The notes beneath the pieces were generated by a model. That model was not told where the DNA came from and did not search any database. It saw only the letters and a list, made by a program, of their open reading frames with translations. Both the position numbers and the translations under genes were made by a program. DNA of 62,278 bases, the filler included, from Vannella sp. (Eukaryota): NCBI GenBank assembly GCA_023345925.1. It is 9 parts of 9 records of this genome, joined end to end, with 100 filler letters (N's around TTAATTAATTAA, not from the genome) between each part and the next. Parts side by side here need not be neighbours in the genome. Positions count along the whole stretch, not along the records: positions 1 to 8,097 come from JAJQQN010000146.1; positions 8,198 to 18,136 come from JAJQQN010000804.1; 7 more parts are not named here. One strand, given 5' to 3'. Below, piece after piece: positions 1-9,760 of the stretch (position 1 is the first letter of the stretch; every line of letters begins with the position of its first letter).

Positions 1-95
1 GTTAAACCCTAGGGTTATGCCAGGGTTTAGCTGATTTTTGGTTAAACCCTGGGGTTTTGAGTGGAGTTCACCTACATTTTGTTAAACCCCTGCTT
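1..95. repeat. Degenerate 40-bp-period repeat with telomere-like AAACCCT/AGGGTT motifs
   Basis: GTTAAACCC at positions 1, 41 and 81 (exact 40-bp spacing); AAACCCTAGGGTT and CAGGGTTT inside the first unit. Confidence 0.6.
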
Positions 96-1530
96 AAAAA
101 GAGACATTTATTTGTTTGGATAGTAAAATAATGGGAGAATTACATACCAGTTTATTTCCTTATGAGTAAGGCTCCTCTTACCGATTCTAACAGCTTTTTA
201 ATATAGTTTCGGGACCTGACTTCTTGTCGCTTGCAATTTATCAACCGGATCAAGTCGGTTTCTTCTATTTGATAGATAAAATTCTCTGACGGACTCCTGG
301 TACACTAATAAATGTTCGGAAGATGTCAATAGTATTTGTTTGCATTAAGTGTCCCCCTCTTTTTAAAATGAAAATGATAACGATACTTGGAAAACACTCC
401 ACCTCACTGAGGAAAACACAAGGGTTGTCTGCAAATGATTTGAGGATGGCTCTTTGAGAAAATCATCATTGAAATCCATTTGCCGGTCGACGGGGTGCAC
501 ATTTCTCTAAACCTCACACATTGATATTTTACAATATTTTGCCCGAACATATTTTAATGCATGAATTGATACCACTTGATCAAAATAAAATGTACTAAAA
601 AGATAAATGAAAACCGTAGTGTAATTAATTGAGCTTGAAGGAGTGACGGAAGGTGCCAAAAGTAAATTACGAACAAAGGACAGGTTACTGAACCTGATTT
701 TTGGCCTAAAACCCACACATTCAACCCCAAAGTGAACTCTTGCAAGTCGTCACAGAGTCCTTGATAAGACAGGTTGTGTTTCAATCCTGGTGTTTATTTC
801 TGTTTTATTGAGAATTGATAAAACTTAAATTCCATCTTGTATGAAATTAGGGTAAATCTTTTCTCGTTGAGATTCTTGGGTAAAAAGTACATTTGATAAG
901 TTAATTTGAGATCAATAGAAGGGGTTAATATTCGATTTTTGGCCTTTTTTGTTTTACGCCTCCAGTGCAAGTTTTGTTTCAAAATAAAAGTCCAAAGAGA
1001 TTATCGCTCGAGCAAGCTGAACAATAGTCTATTCACCACCTACTAATCGCAACGAACAGAAAGATCGAATACTTTAATGAGGGACAAATGGCTCGCTGAT
1101 CTTGCCAAGAAATTATGTCTTCTCTTTGAATCTTGATGATTCAGATCCTCAAATTGATGCAATGATATCCTATCATGAGGCTGTTAATACTTTTCATCGC
1201 CATAATGAACTGGTTTTGAAATACTGGTTAAAAAAGGAAAAGGATACAATAATCAGGATGAATGTTTTATCCACTTATGATTCTGAATATAAGCCCATCT
1301 TTTCGTATCTGATCATAGTCTAGACACCATTTGAAAAACAAAAAAAGTAGATGTTATTCGTTTCTAACCTTTGATGGAGATCAACTGAACCCCCTCTGGT
1401 TCCTTCACTGGAGCGCACATTGTCTTCTAACGAATTCGGAGAGCTTGCACTCAATCACAACGATCTACCAACCTCACAAGCAGGAGAGACAAGAGTGCCG
1501 CTGTTGACACGCTTCCGCAAGAAAGGGCGC

Positions 1531-1660
1531 TTGGCGGGATAAACAATGGACTTGAGCAGGATAAACGATGGACTTTGGCGGGATTAGCGATGGTTTATGG
1601 CGGGATCAGCGGCCCTTTCTTGGCGGGACAAACGGTGGGTCTTGGCGGGATTAGCGAGTC
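1531..1660 (+). repeat. Six degenerate ~22-bp units with a TGGCGGGA core
   Basis: Units start at ~1531, 1552 (variant TTGAGCAGGAT), 1575, 1597, 1620 and 1642. Confidence 0.8.
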
Positions 1661-1737
1661 ACGCTTCTTTTTTTCTTTTTTTCTCACTTTTTACTTAAGA
1701 AACGCAACCCTTCAACTTGTTGGGTTTCTCCCATCCA

Positions 1738-1800
1738 TATGAATGAATGAATGAATGAATGAGAGAGTGAATGAATGAATGAATGAGAGAATAAATGAAC
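1738..1800 (+). repeat. (ATGA)n microsatellite
   Basis: Two runs of GAAT/ATGA interrupted by GAGAGA. Confidence 0.9.
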
Positions 1801-1940
1801 TTGTTATCTTAGACCTAAATCCCTAAAGACGATCATAGGTACCCTTGAGACTTCTTCTGGTACCCGCAATACTTCGAAACTCCTTCTGGTCCTCCTTATT
1901 CGTCTCTTTGGGAACTAGAGAAGGAATTGTGAGTACCAGA

Positions 1941-1980
1941 AGGAGTCAAGAAGGAAGTAAAGGAGTCAAGAAGGAAGTAG
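1941..1980 (+). repeat. 20-bp tandem duplication
   Basis: AGGAGTCAAGAAGGAAGTA(A/G) x2. Confidence 0.9.
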
Positions 1981-2201
1981 AAGTCCTTGATGGGGTCACA
2001 AAGAGTAGATAAATCTGAATATCAATCTGCCTTCCTCTGGAACGGCGAGACCCTCCGTCAGCATGACTTTGAATGTAATCAGTCAAAAGCTGATCCCGAA
2101 GAGACGGCGATCATCCAGAGAACCAAGGGAGGGTCAGGGTAGCTCTTCAGCAAATTTCTGGTGAACATCCACAGCAGCATAAGCTGGGAAGACGGAAAGG
2201 A

Positions 2202-3267
2202 TCAGACGGACCCGTTTCGCAGTTTCCTAAGTGCGTCAAAGGAAGCGGGCACTTTTGCTTCTGCTGCGGGTGAATGAATCAGGGAGAGCGGAATGGACAG
2301 GACAAAAAGCGTTGGCTGGAAATTCTCGTTGCTATCAAGTCCGAGTTGTCCGTCTTCGTTGGATCCGAAGACCCTAACCGCCTTCCTGTGGGAACGCCAA
2401 TGAATGGTGTCCTCCCGCAACCAGGGCGCTTATTCCTTTCAATGAAGTTATCAGAGAGGGCTACGACTGATTAAAGTTGTTCCCCGCCCCCAATCGCCCA
2501 TATCCACCGTGTCCCCTTGACCAGACACTGCCGTTCTCATCCAGACAGGAGGCTGCAAGCATGGGACGGATGCTCATGACTCGCTGGAACTTCCAATCAT
2601 CCCAGAAGAGCGCCCCAGTTGGCCAAAGGAGTTGTCTCCAGCAGAGAAGACGCCTCCTTGCGAGTCGATGAGGATCACTCCTTTGCCAAGGGCAGCCAGG
2701 AATCGGAGAGGTCCTTCAAAGCGCTCCTCTACCTATGTTAGGGATGACTGAAGTGCGTTGTTGGTGTTGCTAAGGCCTAGTTGCCCTTCCTCGTTGTTGC
2801 TCAAAACCCAGAGGCCTTCTTCGGCCTCTGCCGCGAGAAAGTTGTTGCCACAAGCTACCTTGATGATTGGAGGGAGTCCTTCCGCTCATTGGGGAAGAAA
2901 AGGTGCCCAAGAGAGATCATTCCAGCTCGTCCACAACCAAAGGCCGCCTTCGGTGTCGATGGCAGCGCTGTGGGACACACCAGCAACCACCAAAGTGATA
3001 GAAGGTAGTTCTTGAGCTTTCTTGAAGTTAGAAGGGGTAGAAAGGGTCGGGAGAGACCAGCCTCCCACACCACCTTTCTCATTGAGCACGAGGGAGTTGT
3101 TCCATCCCCACCTGAACCACCTGCGGGCCATTCCAGGGGACTTTCACTGGTTGCTGTTTGAAGATTTGTGGCAGTTGGCCTTCGCTGTTGTTACCAAAAG
3201 CGAGAAGATCCCCTTCGAGGGAGAGGAGGAACGTTTGGCAGCCAATGGGCATCCCAATGAATGGCAA
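2202..3267 (-). pseudogene. RCC1-repeat (beta-propeller) pseudogene
   Basis: RCC1-like blades in several frames (GDLLAFGNNSEGQL, VAGVSHSAAIDTEGGLW, VFSAGDNSFGQLG, VFGSNEDGQLG) broken by frameshifts and stops. Confidence 0.8.
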
Positions 3268-3572
3268 ATGATGCTAAGGAAGAAAGAACGGTGTGCGATA
3301 ATCGAAGTTTATTCACAAGGATAAAAAGCAGCCTTCGTGGTCACAACAATAGTCCTTATCGGAAGAGAAGCCATGGGGCGCAAGAGGGGATCTTGCCAAA
3401 GAGAAAGATCTCGAGAGCGGAGATAATGGACGGCAGGGAAGGATCGACAGGTGACGTAGAGAAGGGGCGAAACAGGAGGACGGTGTGATGGGTGAACAGG
3501 AGGACTCCCATTGAGGTACACAGGGGAGCGTGAGGGCGGAATAGGAAGGAGAAACTGGAGGAGTGGGTACTA

Positions 3573-4184
3573 ATGGGGGCCGTCTGTTGTTCCTGGAGTG
3601 GCCCACAGCCGGTTCAGGTGGACTGGGGACGGAAGCACTCTCTCATCCTTGATTCGGAGGGCGGTGTGTGGCAGGCTGGCTCCTCCCGCTTCTCTGCTTC
3701 TCCTACCACCTTCGAACGAGTCCCAGAGGTACCTCGGATGGCTCTTGTAGCCGCTGGCTTGTATCACAGCGCTGGACTCGACACCGAAGGCGGCCTTTGG
3801 GTGTGGGCGTGCAAAGAAGATCTCTCTTGGGCGCTTTCTGTTCCCCATCGAGTAGAAGGCATCCCTCCACTCCTCAAGGTGGCTTGTGGCAGCAACTATC
3901 TCGTGGCAGAGGCCGAAGAAGGCCTCTGGGTGTTCGGCGACAACAAGCAAGAGCAACTGGGCCTCGACCACACCAACAGCGCCCTCCGACCGACTCTTGC
4001 CCAGGTAGAAGAGCGCTCTGAAGGACCTCTTGGACGCCTGAGTGCCCTCTTCGAAGCTGTGATGATCGTCGACTCGCAAGGAGGGATCAGAGTCTCTCGT
4101 TCTGACTCTTTGACAGCACACTCCTTCACTATCGTCAAGTACTTGCCCAAAGCGGTGCCCAGCTGTTCGTGGAGCAGTTCTTGA
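3573..4184 (+). pseudogene. Truncated RCC1-repeat paralog, head-to-head with the 2202-3267 copy
   Basis: WGRKHSLILDSEGGVW, AAGLYHSAGLDTEGGLW, VACGSNY, VFGDNKQEQLG; co-linear with the minus-strand copy but cut at both ends. Confidence 0.75.
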
Positions 4185-4333
4185 ACTTGTGAGAGCGAAC
4201 GTGCGACAGCTCTATGAAGAGGGAAGAAGAGGGACTGTCTTTCTTCAAGTGGATAGCCATATCAACCTTCTGTTCCCTCGAGGGAATCCTGGATAACAAT
4301 CGAAGCACGCTTGCCTGCACTTGTGCTTGGCGC

Positions 4334-4935
4334 TTAGATCATCGCACCTTGAAGGGGAGACTCGTCACCGTTCAGAAGGTGTCCCACAAGCTCCACACCG
4401 AACAACTCAGTCAAGTCTTTATAGATCTTGAATCACGCAAGAGCCACCACCGAGTACCTCGACGTCACCCAAGCGGTGATCAAAGTCACGCCCGCCGACT
4501 CCTTCCCAGCTTGTCCCGTTCGCTGTGACCTTGCGATTGATGGTTCTGGCCTTGACCATCTCGATCTGGAACCGGGCGAGTGTGGCAGAGACGTGAGCGC
4601 CAACGTCGTAGAAGATGGTGTACTGCTCGAGGTCCTCCGCGTTGGTGAGTGGGAAGGTAGTCCACTGCAGTAGCGGTTCCTTCTTGTGCCAATGCGTGCA
4701 GCATTAACGTAGCCATAGAGCTCTGTTTGACTCAACCAAGGGCGAACGACGAGGATGCAGTCCGTGACACGGCCCCTTGTGCTTGATCATCGGTCTGGAA
4801 GCCGTACGTGCCGTTGTTGCCCACAACAGGAACTTCGATGAGATGGTGGAGTGCCTCGATCTCAGAGTCGGGGTACTTGAGGCCAAGGAACTGTAGAGGT
4901 GATGAGATGACGCCAGACGGGTAACGAGCGGCCTG
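4334..4935 (-). pseudogene. Decayed fragment of an ER Hsp70-family chaperone (HYOU1/Grp170/Lhs1-like)
   Basis: Manual translation: AARYPSGVISSPLQFLG, VTDCILVVRPWLSQTE..NAARIG, QEGTATAVDY, IFYDVGA, VGGRDFDHRL, VEVLGGG, LNGDE..QGA; frameshifts and internal deletions. Confidence 0.65.
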
Positions 4936-5124
4936 CGGGAGAGGTTAGATGGATGATGAAAAGGGATCGGCGAACCAATTGAGGGGCGCTGGAGCAGAGA
5001 CTCGTTCTCCTTCTGCCACTCCATCCTTGGATGAAGTTGCCTTCGTGGGTGAAGAGAAGGACAGGCAGATTGCTTTGAGAGGTGAAAGAGAGGGGTCACG
5101 GAGACCCGGGCTGAGACAAGAGTC

Positions 5125-5335
5125 ACGAAGAGGGTTGAAAAGGGACTGGAGAGGGGTTGAGGAAAGAGAGGTTTGGAGTGAGGACCAGGAAGGGGTTGAC
5201 AAAGTGGTAAGAGAGGTTCCGAGGAGGGGTTGAAGAGGGACTGGGCAGGGGTTTAGGCAGAGTGGTTGAAGAGTGAGGACCAGAGAAGGACTCGAGAGGG
5301 GTTGAAGGGTGAGGACCAGAGAGGAGTAGGGGCTG
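5125..5335 (+). repeat. Purine/G-rich degenerate repeat
   Basis: Repeated AGGGGTTGA, AGGGACTGG and GTGAGGACCAG modules just upstream of the recombinase ORF. Confidence 0.6.
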
Positions 5336-5432
5336 GGTGAGATGTTTCTGATGGTGAAGGGAAGAAGAACCTAGATATTTTGAAAGAATTTTCTAAATCA
5401 ATTCGGAAATTTGTCTCCATTTTTTGGCAGTC

Positions 5433-7934
5433 ATGAGTGGCGGCAAGTGGTCCGGCCTACAACCGACGCCGCTTCTTGGCAAACGACTCCGTGACGATCC
5501 AAAATTCCAAACGACCTCCGGAGGGATGGGAACCGTTTCGGATCATGGCTCTGATAATAGCGATGGTTTTGGATCTGATGTTGGAATTGATTCCCAACAG
5601 CACCGCAGTAATTTTTCTATCTCCGGTTCTGGTATTTGCTCTGGTTCAGACTCTGTTTTAGGCTCTGGTTTTGGCTCTGGTTCTGGTTTTGACTCTGGTT
5701 CTGGCTCTGGTTCTGGTCTTGGCTCTGGTTCTGGTTTTGGCTCTGGTTCTGGTTTTGGCTCTGGTTCTGGTCTTGACTCTGGATCTGGTTTGGACTCTGG
5801 TTTGGACTCTGGCTCTGTTTCTGGCTCTGGCTCTGGTTTTGACTCTCTCCCTGGCTCTGGTTCTGGCCCTGGTCCTGGTCTGGGCTCGAGCTTGGGTCCT
5901 GTTTCTGGCCCTAGTTCAGGCTTTGATCCAAATTATGGTCCTGGTTACGATTTAGTGTATTCGCAGTCTTGTGCTTCATTCATACCACGTGTCTCTGTGT
6001 TTTGTGACTCAATTATGTTACCTTCAGTGGTACCAAACGCATCCTTCGTTCCAGTGATGAACAATCAATATGATGACGAACTCACAGAGGATGAAAGTGT
6101 TCGCGAGCCAGAAGATTCGGTTACACCTGAACAGGACCACCAAAGCCTACCTGATCTGCCATCGCGTTCTGCTCAGAAAATTAGTACAGGAAGTGCTCGC
6201 AAGAATGAAATTGCCCTCCAATATTCCGACGAGGACTTCCCTCCTATTAGTCGTGGTCCAGATAGTCTCTTGCTTCAACAGCCTCTCCTAGCAGAAGAAT
6301 TTGCGAAACGTTTGACACCTGATCGTTTGGACTCTCCATTTCGACGTGAGAGATTCCCTCCAATTTGGGACAAGCGCGCTTTGTCTAAGAACTGTCTCAC
6401 AGTTTTGGATATGGTTGAGAAGAGCCTCCACTCTGGAGTAGTGGTCACAAACCCATACACCACCGACAGAAAGAGCAACCGCTCCTTATCTGAAGAGTCT
6501 CATGCAACCAACCAGCGTTACCTGACACGCATTTGCAAGATGATGGACTTTCCGGATACTTTGTGTGTTGCAGACGTGGCTTGGAACCTATTCAGACCAG
6601 CTACCATCATCCGTGTCACCCAGATGCTTTGCTGGATCAAGCAGACACCGCAGACTTGGCGTCATTACTCTGAGGCCTTCTATCGTGCAGCATGGTGTTA
6701 TGGTGATGACCGATTTCTGAAGAATGTTGGTCTTGATAAGGTTGGAGTGAACTTCATGGATGCGCTGGTGATCTTATTCAGCAATTTCTTCAAGCACTGG
6801 CAGCCCCATGTCTTGGGAAAGGGTAAATCCTTTACTCTGGAGAACAATTCCCGAGGATCGATGGAAAGTCGAAATGTTTGGGCCTCTTCATCGGAAATTA
6901 TTGCTGGTGTGACTGTCTTCTGCGACACTGTTGGTACGGACTCCGATTCTGCCCGAATCCTCAAAGCCATGCTATTGTCCTTCTTTGTTCACAACCCTCC
7001 TGTCCGAACTGGGAACGCCAAACTACTGGTTTTGTCTTCTCAAGCCGGAATAACAGACGTGGAGTTGGTGAAACGCCGTGTGAAGGAGTATCGAGAAGGT
7101 TATAAGGGCTCGACCGAGTCCTACTCCGAGTACAAAATAACTGGTGCTATCTTCTCTGACCAAGTCGACTCCTCCTACAAGGTTATCTGGGTGGACTACA
7201 AGACTTTGAAGGCCTTTGGTATTGTTACTAGGTTCTACAATCATCCCACCACTGTTCGCCTTATCTGCTTATGGTTGGAAAAGAGGAACAAAAAGAATCA
7301 TTTCTTCATCCAAACAACCACTTCCGGTGATGTTTGCTGGAAAGTCTCCGACATTTTCCGCGACACCTGCAAGGACGCTCTCGGCAAAAGTTTCACGGTC
7401 TCTCACATCAGAGCTATCTTTTCTACCTTTATGAAAGAGGAAGCACCAACATCGGATTACCTCACCTATTGCACACTTCTCCTCCACTCAGAGACGGTCA
7501 GCAACCTTAGCTACTACAAGACCAACGGTATCGAGGCCAGTCAAACAGCTCTGCGACTTCAAGGCATTATTGGCGACGGACGCGCTACGATCCGAGACAA
7601 AGCGATCACTGATGTCAAGTCGTTCCTTTCTGGCCTAGAATTTGAGGATCGGATTAAGCTGCTTTATTCAGTCATCAATCCTTCAGGAGAAACTACGAGA
7701 CTGCCATTGCCCATTGAGATAACCATCGCATCTCATCAATCAGCTCTCTCTGACACTCCTCCGCTATCTCCAGAAGCAGAGCCTGCCTTAAACCTCTACA
7801 GTCGTAGTCCACAGACTGGGAGATTCTGGAATGGATACAACTTCCAATGTCCTGCTTGCCACTACTTCACTCCCGACAGACCGGCTAACCTCCGTAGACA
7901 CCTGAAGATCGTTCACCCCGAGATCCCAATCTAA
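5433..7934 (+). CDS. Tyrosine recombinase-domain protein with an N-terminal Gly/Ser repeat and a C-terminal C2H2 zinc finger (probable mobile-element integrase)
   Basis: Intronless 833-aa ORF from the first [11 protein letters not shown] (Arg ~7005), DYKTLKAFG (~7197), [14 protein letters not shown] (Arg ~7410), [14 protein letters not shown] (His ~7485, Tyr ~7512-7517); [23 protein letters not shown]. Confidence 0.72.
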   Translation: MSGGKWSGLQPTPLLGKRLRDDPKFQTTSGGMGTVSDHGSDNSDGFGSDVGIDSQQHRSNFSISGSGICSGSDSVLGSGFGSGSGFDSGSGSGSGLGSGSGFGSGSGFGSGSGLDSGSGLDSGLDSGSVSGSGSGFDSLPGSGSGPGPGLGSSLGPVSGPSSGFDPNYGPGYDLVYSQSCASFIPRVSVFCDSIMLPSVVPNASFVPVMNNQYDDELTEDESVREPEDSVTPEQDHQSLPDLPSRSAQKISTGSARKNEIALQYSDEDFPPISRGPDSLLLQQPLLAEEFAKRLTPDRLDSPFRRERFPPIWDKRALSKNCLTVLDMVEKSLHSGVVVTNPYTTDRKSNRSLSEESHATNQRYLTRICKMMDFPDTLCVADVAWNLFRPATIIRVTQMLCWIKQTPQTWRHYSEAFYRAAWCYGDDRFLKNVGLDKVGVNFMDALVILFSNFFKHWQPHVLGKGKSFTLENNSRGSMESRNVWASSSEIIAGVTVFCDTVGTDSDSARILKAMLLSFFVHNPPVRTGNAKLLVLSSQAGITDVELVKRRVKEYREGYKGSTESYSEYKITGAIFSDQVDSSYKVIWVDYKTLKAFGIVTRFYNHPTTVRLICLWLEKRNKKNHFFIQTTTSGDVCWKVSDIFRDTCKDALGKSFTVSHIRAIFSTFMKEEAPTSDYLTYCTLLLHSETVSNLSYYKTNGIEASQTALRLQGIIGDGRATIRDKAITDVKSFLSGLEFEDRIKLLYSVINPSGETTRLPLPIEITIASHQSALSDTPPLSPEAEPALNLYSRSPQTGRFWNGYNFQCPACHYFTPDRPANLRRHLKIVHPEIPI
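5625..5950 (+). repeat. Coding minisatellite encoding (GS)n / GSGSGF(D)
   Basis: Repeated GGCTCTGGTTCTGGTTTT-type 6/18-bp units. Confidence 0.9.
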
Positions 7935-8097
7935 GCTCCCTCATTTACTTCCGAAACCATGACTTGACACTAAATCTTTAACTTTGATAATACATCACGT
8001 CTAATTTGTCGAAAGCATTCCGAAAGGTCAGATCGACCCAAAGGAGGGATAATGTCCATTCCTTTCAAATTCTGATGATAACGTTTAGGCAAACTCA

Positions 8098-8197
8098 NNN
8101 NNNNNNNNNNNNNNNNNNNNNNNNNNNNNNNNNNNNNNNNNTTAATTAATTAANNNNNNNNNNNNNNNNNNNNNNNNNNNNNNNNNNNNNNNNNNNN
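8098..8197. other. Artificial contig linker (same linker at 18137-18236, 27509-27608, 34778-34877, 41695-41794, 48544-48643, 53555-53654, 60503-60602)
   Basis: N44-TTAATTAATTAA-N44, which gives stops in all six frames. Confidence 0.98.
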
Positions 8198-8330
8198 ATC
8201 AAAACGACAACACTCGTGGCGCGTCCGAGATAAGTCGGGCGGCAGCATTTCCTACTGTAAATCTTCAAAATGAGGAGATTTCTGAAATCTTCGATGTTGA
8301 GCCGAAAAAAAGGCTCATTTGGCGCTGGGC

Positions 8331-9679
8331 ATGTTTGGGAGGCTGGTTGTGCGGTCTGCCAGTAGTTTACCTGTCTCTCGGATAGGCTCTCGCCTCGCGC
8401 TTCAGGTGAGGGGAGTTCTTGGTGGTTGGCGTGTGCTGAGTATGATCGACAGGGGAAGATACAGAGATCTCAGCCACTTCATGCGCAGAGCTACCGATTC
8501 TTCGCGACTGCAGGGAAGGAATTGACGTTGGAGGGTGAAGACAGTGACTTTGAGTTGGCTGATGACCTCACTGGAGAAGAGAAGAACGACGAGGACTTCG
8601 ATCTCCACTCCCCAGAACTGACCCGAGTCAATCTGCAACGCTACGAGAGAGTGCTGGAGCTGCAACAGCAAGCAGAGGCCTTTATGAGAGAGGATAACTT
8701 TGATATGGCGGCTAGCTTGTACCAATCCTGCCTAGGGACGCTCTCAGCCTACTTGGAATTCAAGTTTGGCGATGCTGAGCCACAACAAGCCAACCTGGAG
8801 AAGGCAGAGATGGTTCTGAGCCCCACTATAGGCTTGGCGTTTGCTCAACAGTGCTTGGGACGCCTAGAACACGCGGAACAATCCTATTTGGATGCCTTTG
8901 AACTGATGGAGACCAAAGGCCTCACCGTCGACCCAGAGAACCGTGCTCGATGCGCTCTCAACTACGCGGAACTTCTATGTCAAGGAGAGAAGCCCCTTAA
9001 AGCGATCGAGTGCATCCAGAAGGCGCTCGACCAACTCCCCAACAAAAAGTCCGGGATCTACGCCTCTGCCATGAGCAACATTGCCATCTACTACGGTATC
9101 CTTAAGCGCTTTGAAGAGGCTCTCCCCTTTGCGAAGAAGGGGTACGAGCTCTTCTGCAAGGTGCTAGGAAAGGACAACCCGTACACAGAGAGCGCCCTTC
9201 AGAGCTACGTGCGCGTCCTCCGGGACAGTGGAAAAGGCGAGGAGGCAGATCGCCTTCATGAGGAATGGGAAGCCAGTCGACGAGCCGCAGAACTCCCCAC
9301 ACAAGACGATATGCAGAGAGACATCTCAGCGCAACTGGCTCAGTCTCTCAAGCACTTCTCGGAGAAGAAGACACTCGATCCACACGGCATCGTTGTCCCT
9401 CCTGAGGTCCTTGAAGATCAGAAGAGGACCTTTGCTCAGCGCTACGCAGAGGCGGACTTGGGAGAGAAAGACTTTGTCGATGCCATCGAACCGGAGCTAA
9501 AGAGCCTTTACGAGCTCATTGGCAAGAGCAAGGACTTCCATGGAGATATGGAGAAGTTCCGTGCCGATCCAGAGTACGCCAAGGAGACGCTGGCCAGTGG
9601 TATCGGCGCTCCCATCCTCAACCTCGGCATTGACGAGTATTACTCCTCCAAGAGCGACTTGCCTCGCTCTTCCGACTGA
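8331..9679 (+). CDS. TPR-repeat protein with a probable mitochondrial presequence
   Basis: Exon 1 MFGRLVVRSASSLPVSRIGSRLALQ, intron 8406-8452, then TPR-like helices (ARCALNYAELL, ASAMSNIAIYY..KRFEEALPF). Confidence 0.75.
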
Positions 9680-9760
9680 AACCATCTAAGAGATGCTTCG
9701 ATCTACTAAATCCTGCGAACCAATGAGCCAAGAACCCTGGGAGGGAGGAGACATTCTTCA

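Noticed and set aside
100..1330. Short AT-rich ORFs as a possible transposase relic
   Set aside because: No recognisable motif in the frames I translated; a translated search is needed
1531..1660. CRISPR-like repeat/spacer appearance
   Set aside because: Core is only ~9 bp, spacers are ~13 bp and related to each other, there are no cas genes and the context is eukaryotic
5546..5555. TGGCTCTGAT inside the recombinase ORF, identical to the Nudix inversion repeat
   Set aside because: It lies in GGCTCT-rich Gly-Ser coding sequence on another contig; most likely chance
5671..5955. Hydrophobic (LALVLV)n ORF
   Set aside because: Alternative frame of the Gly/Ser minisatellite
8098..8197. TTAATTAATTAA palindromes flanked by Ns (8 copies)
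   Set aside because: Artificial six-frame-stop linkers; gene neighbourhoods across them mean nothing
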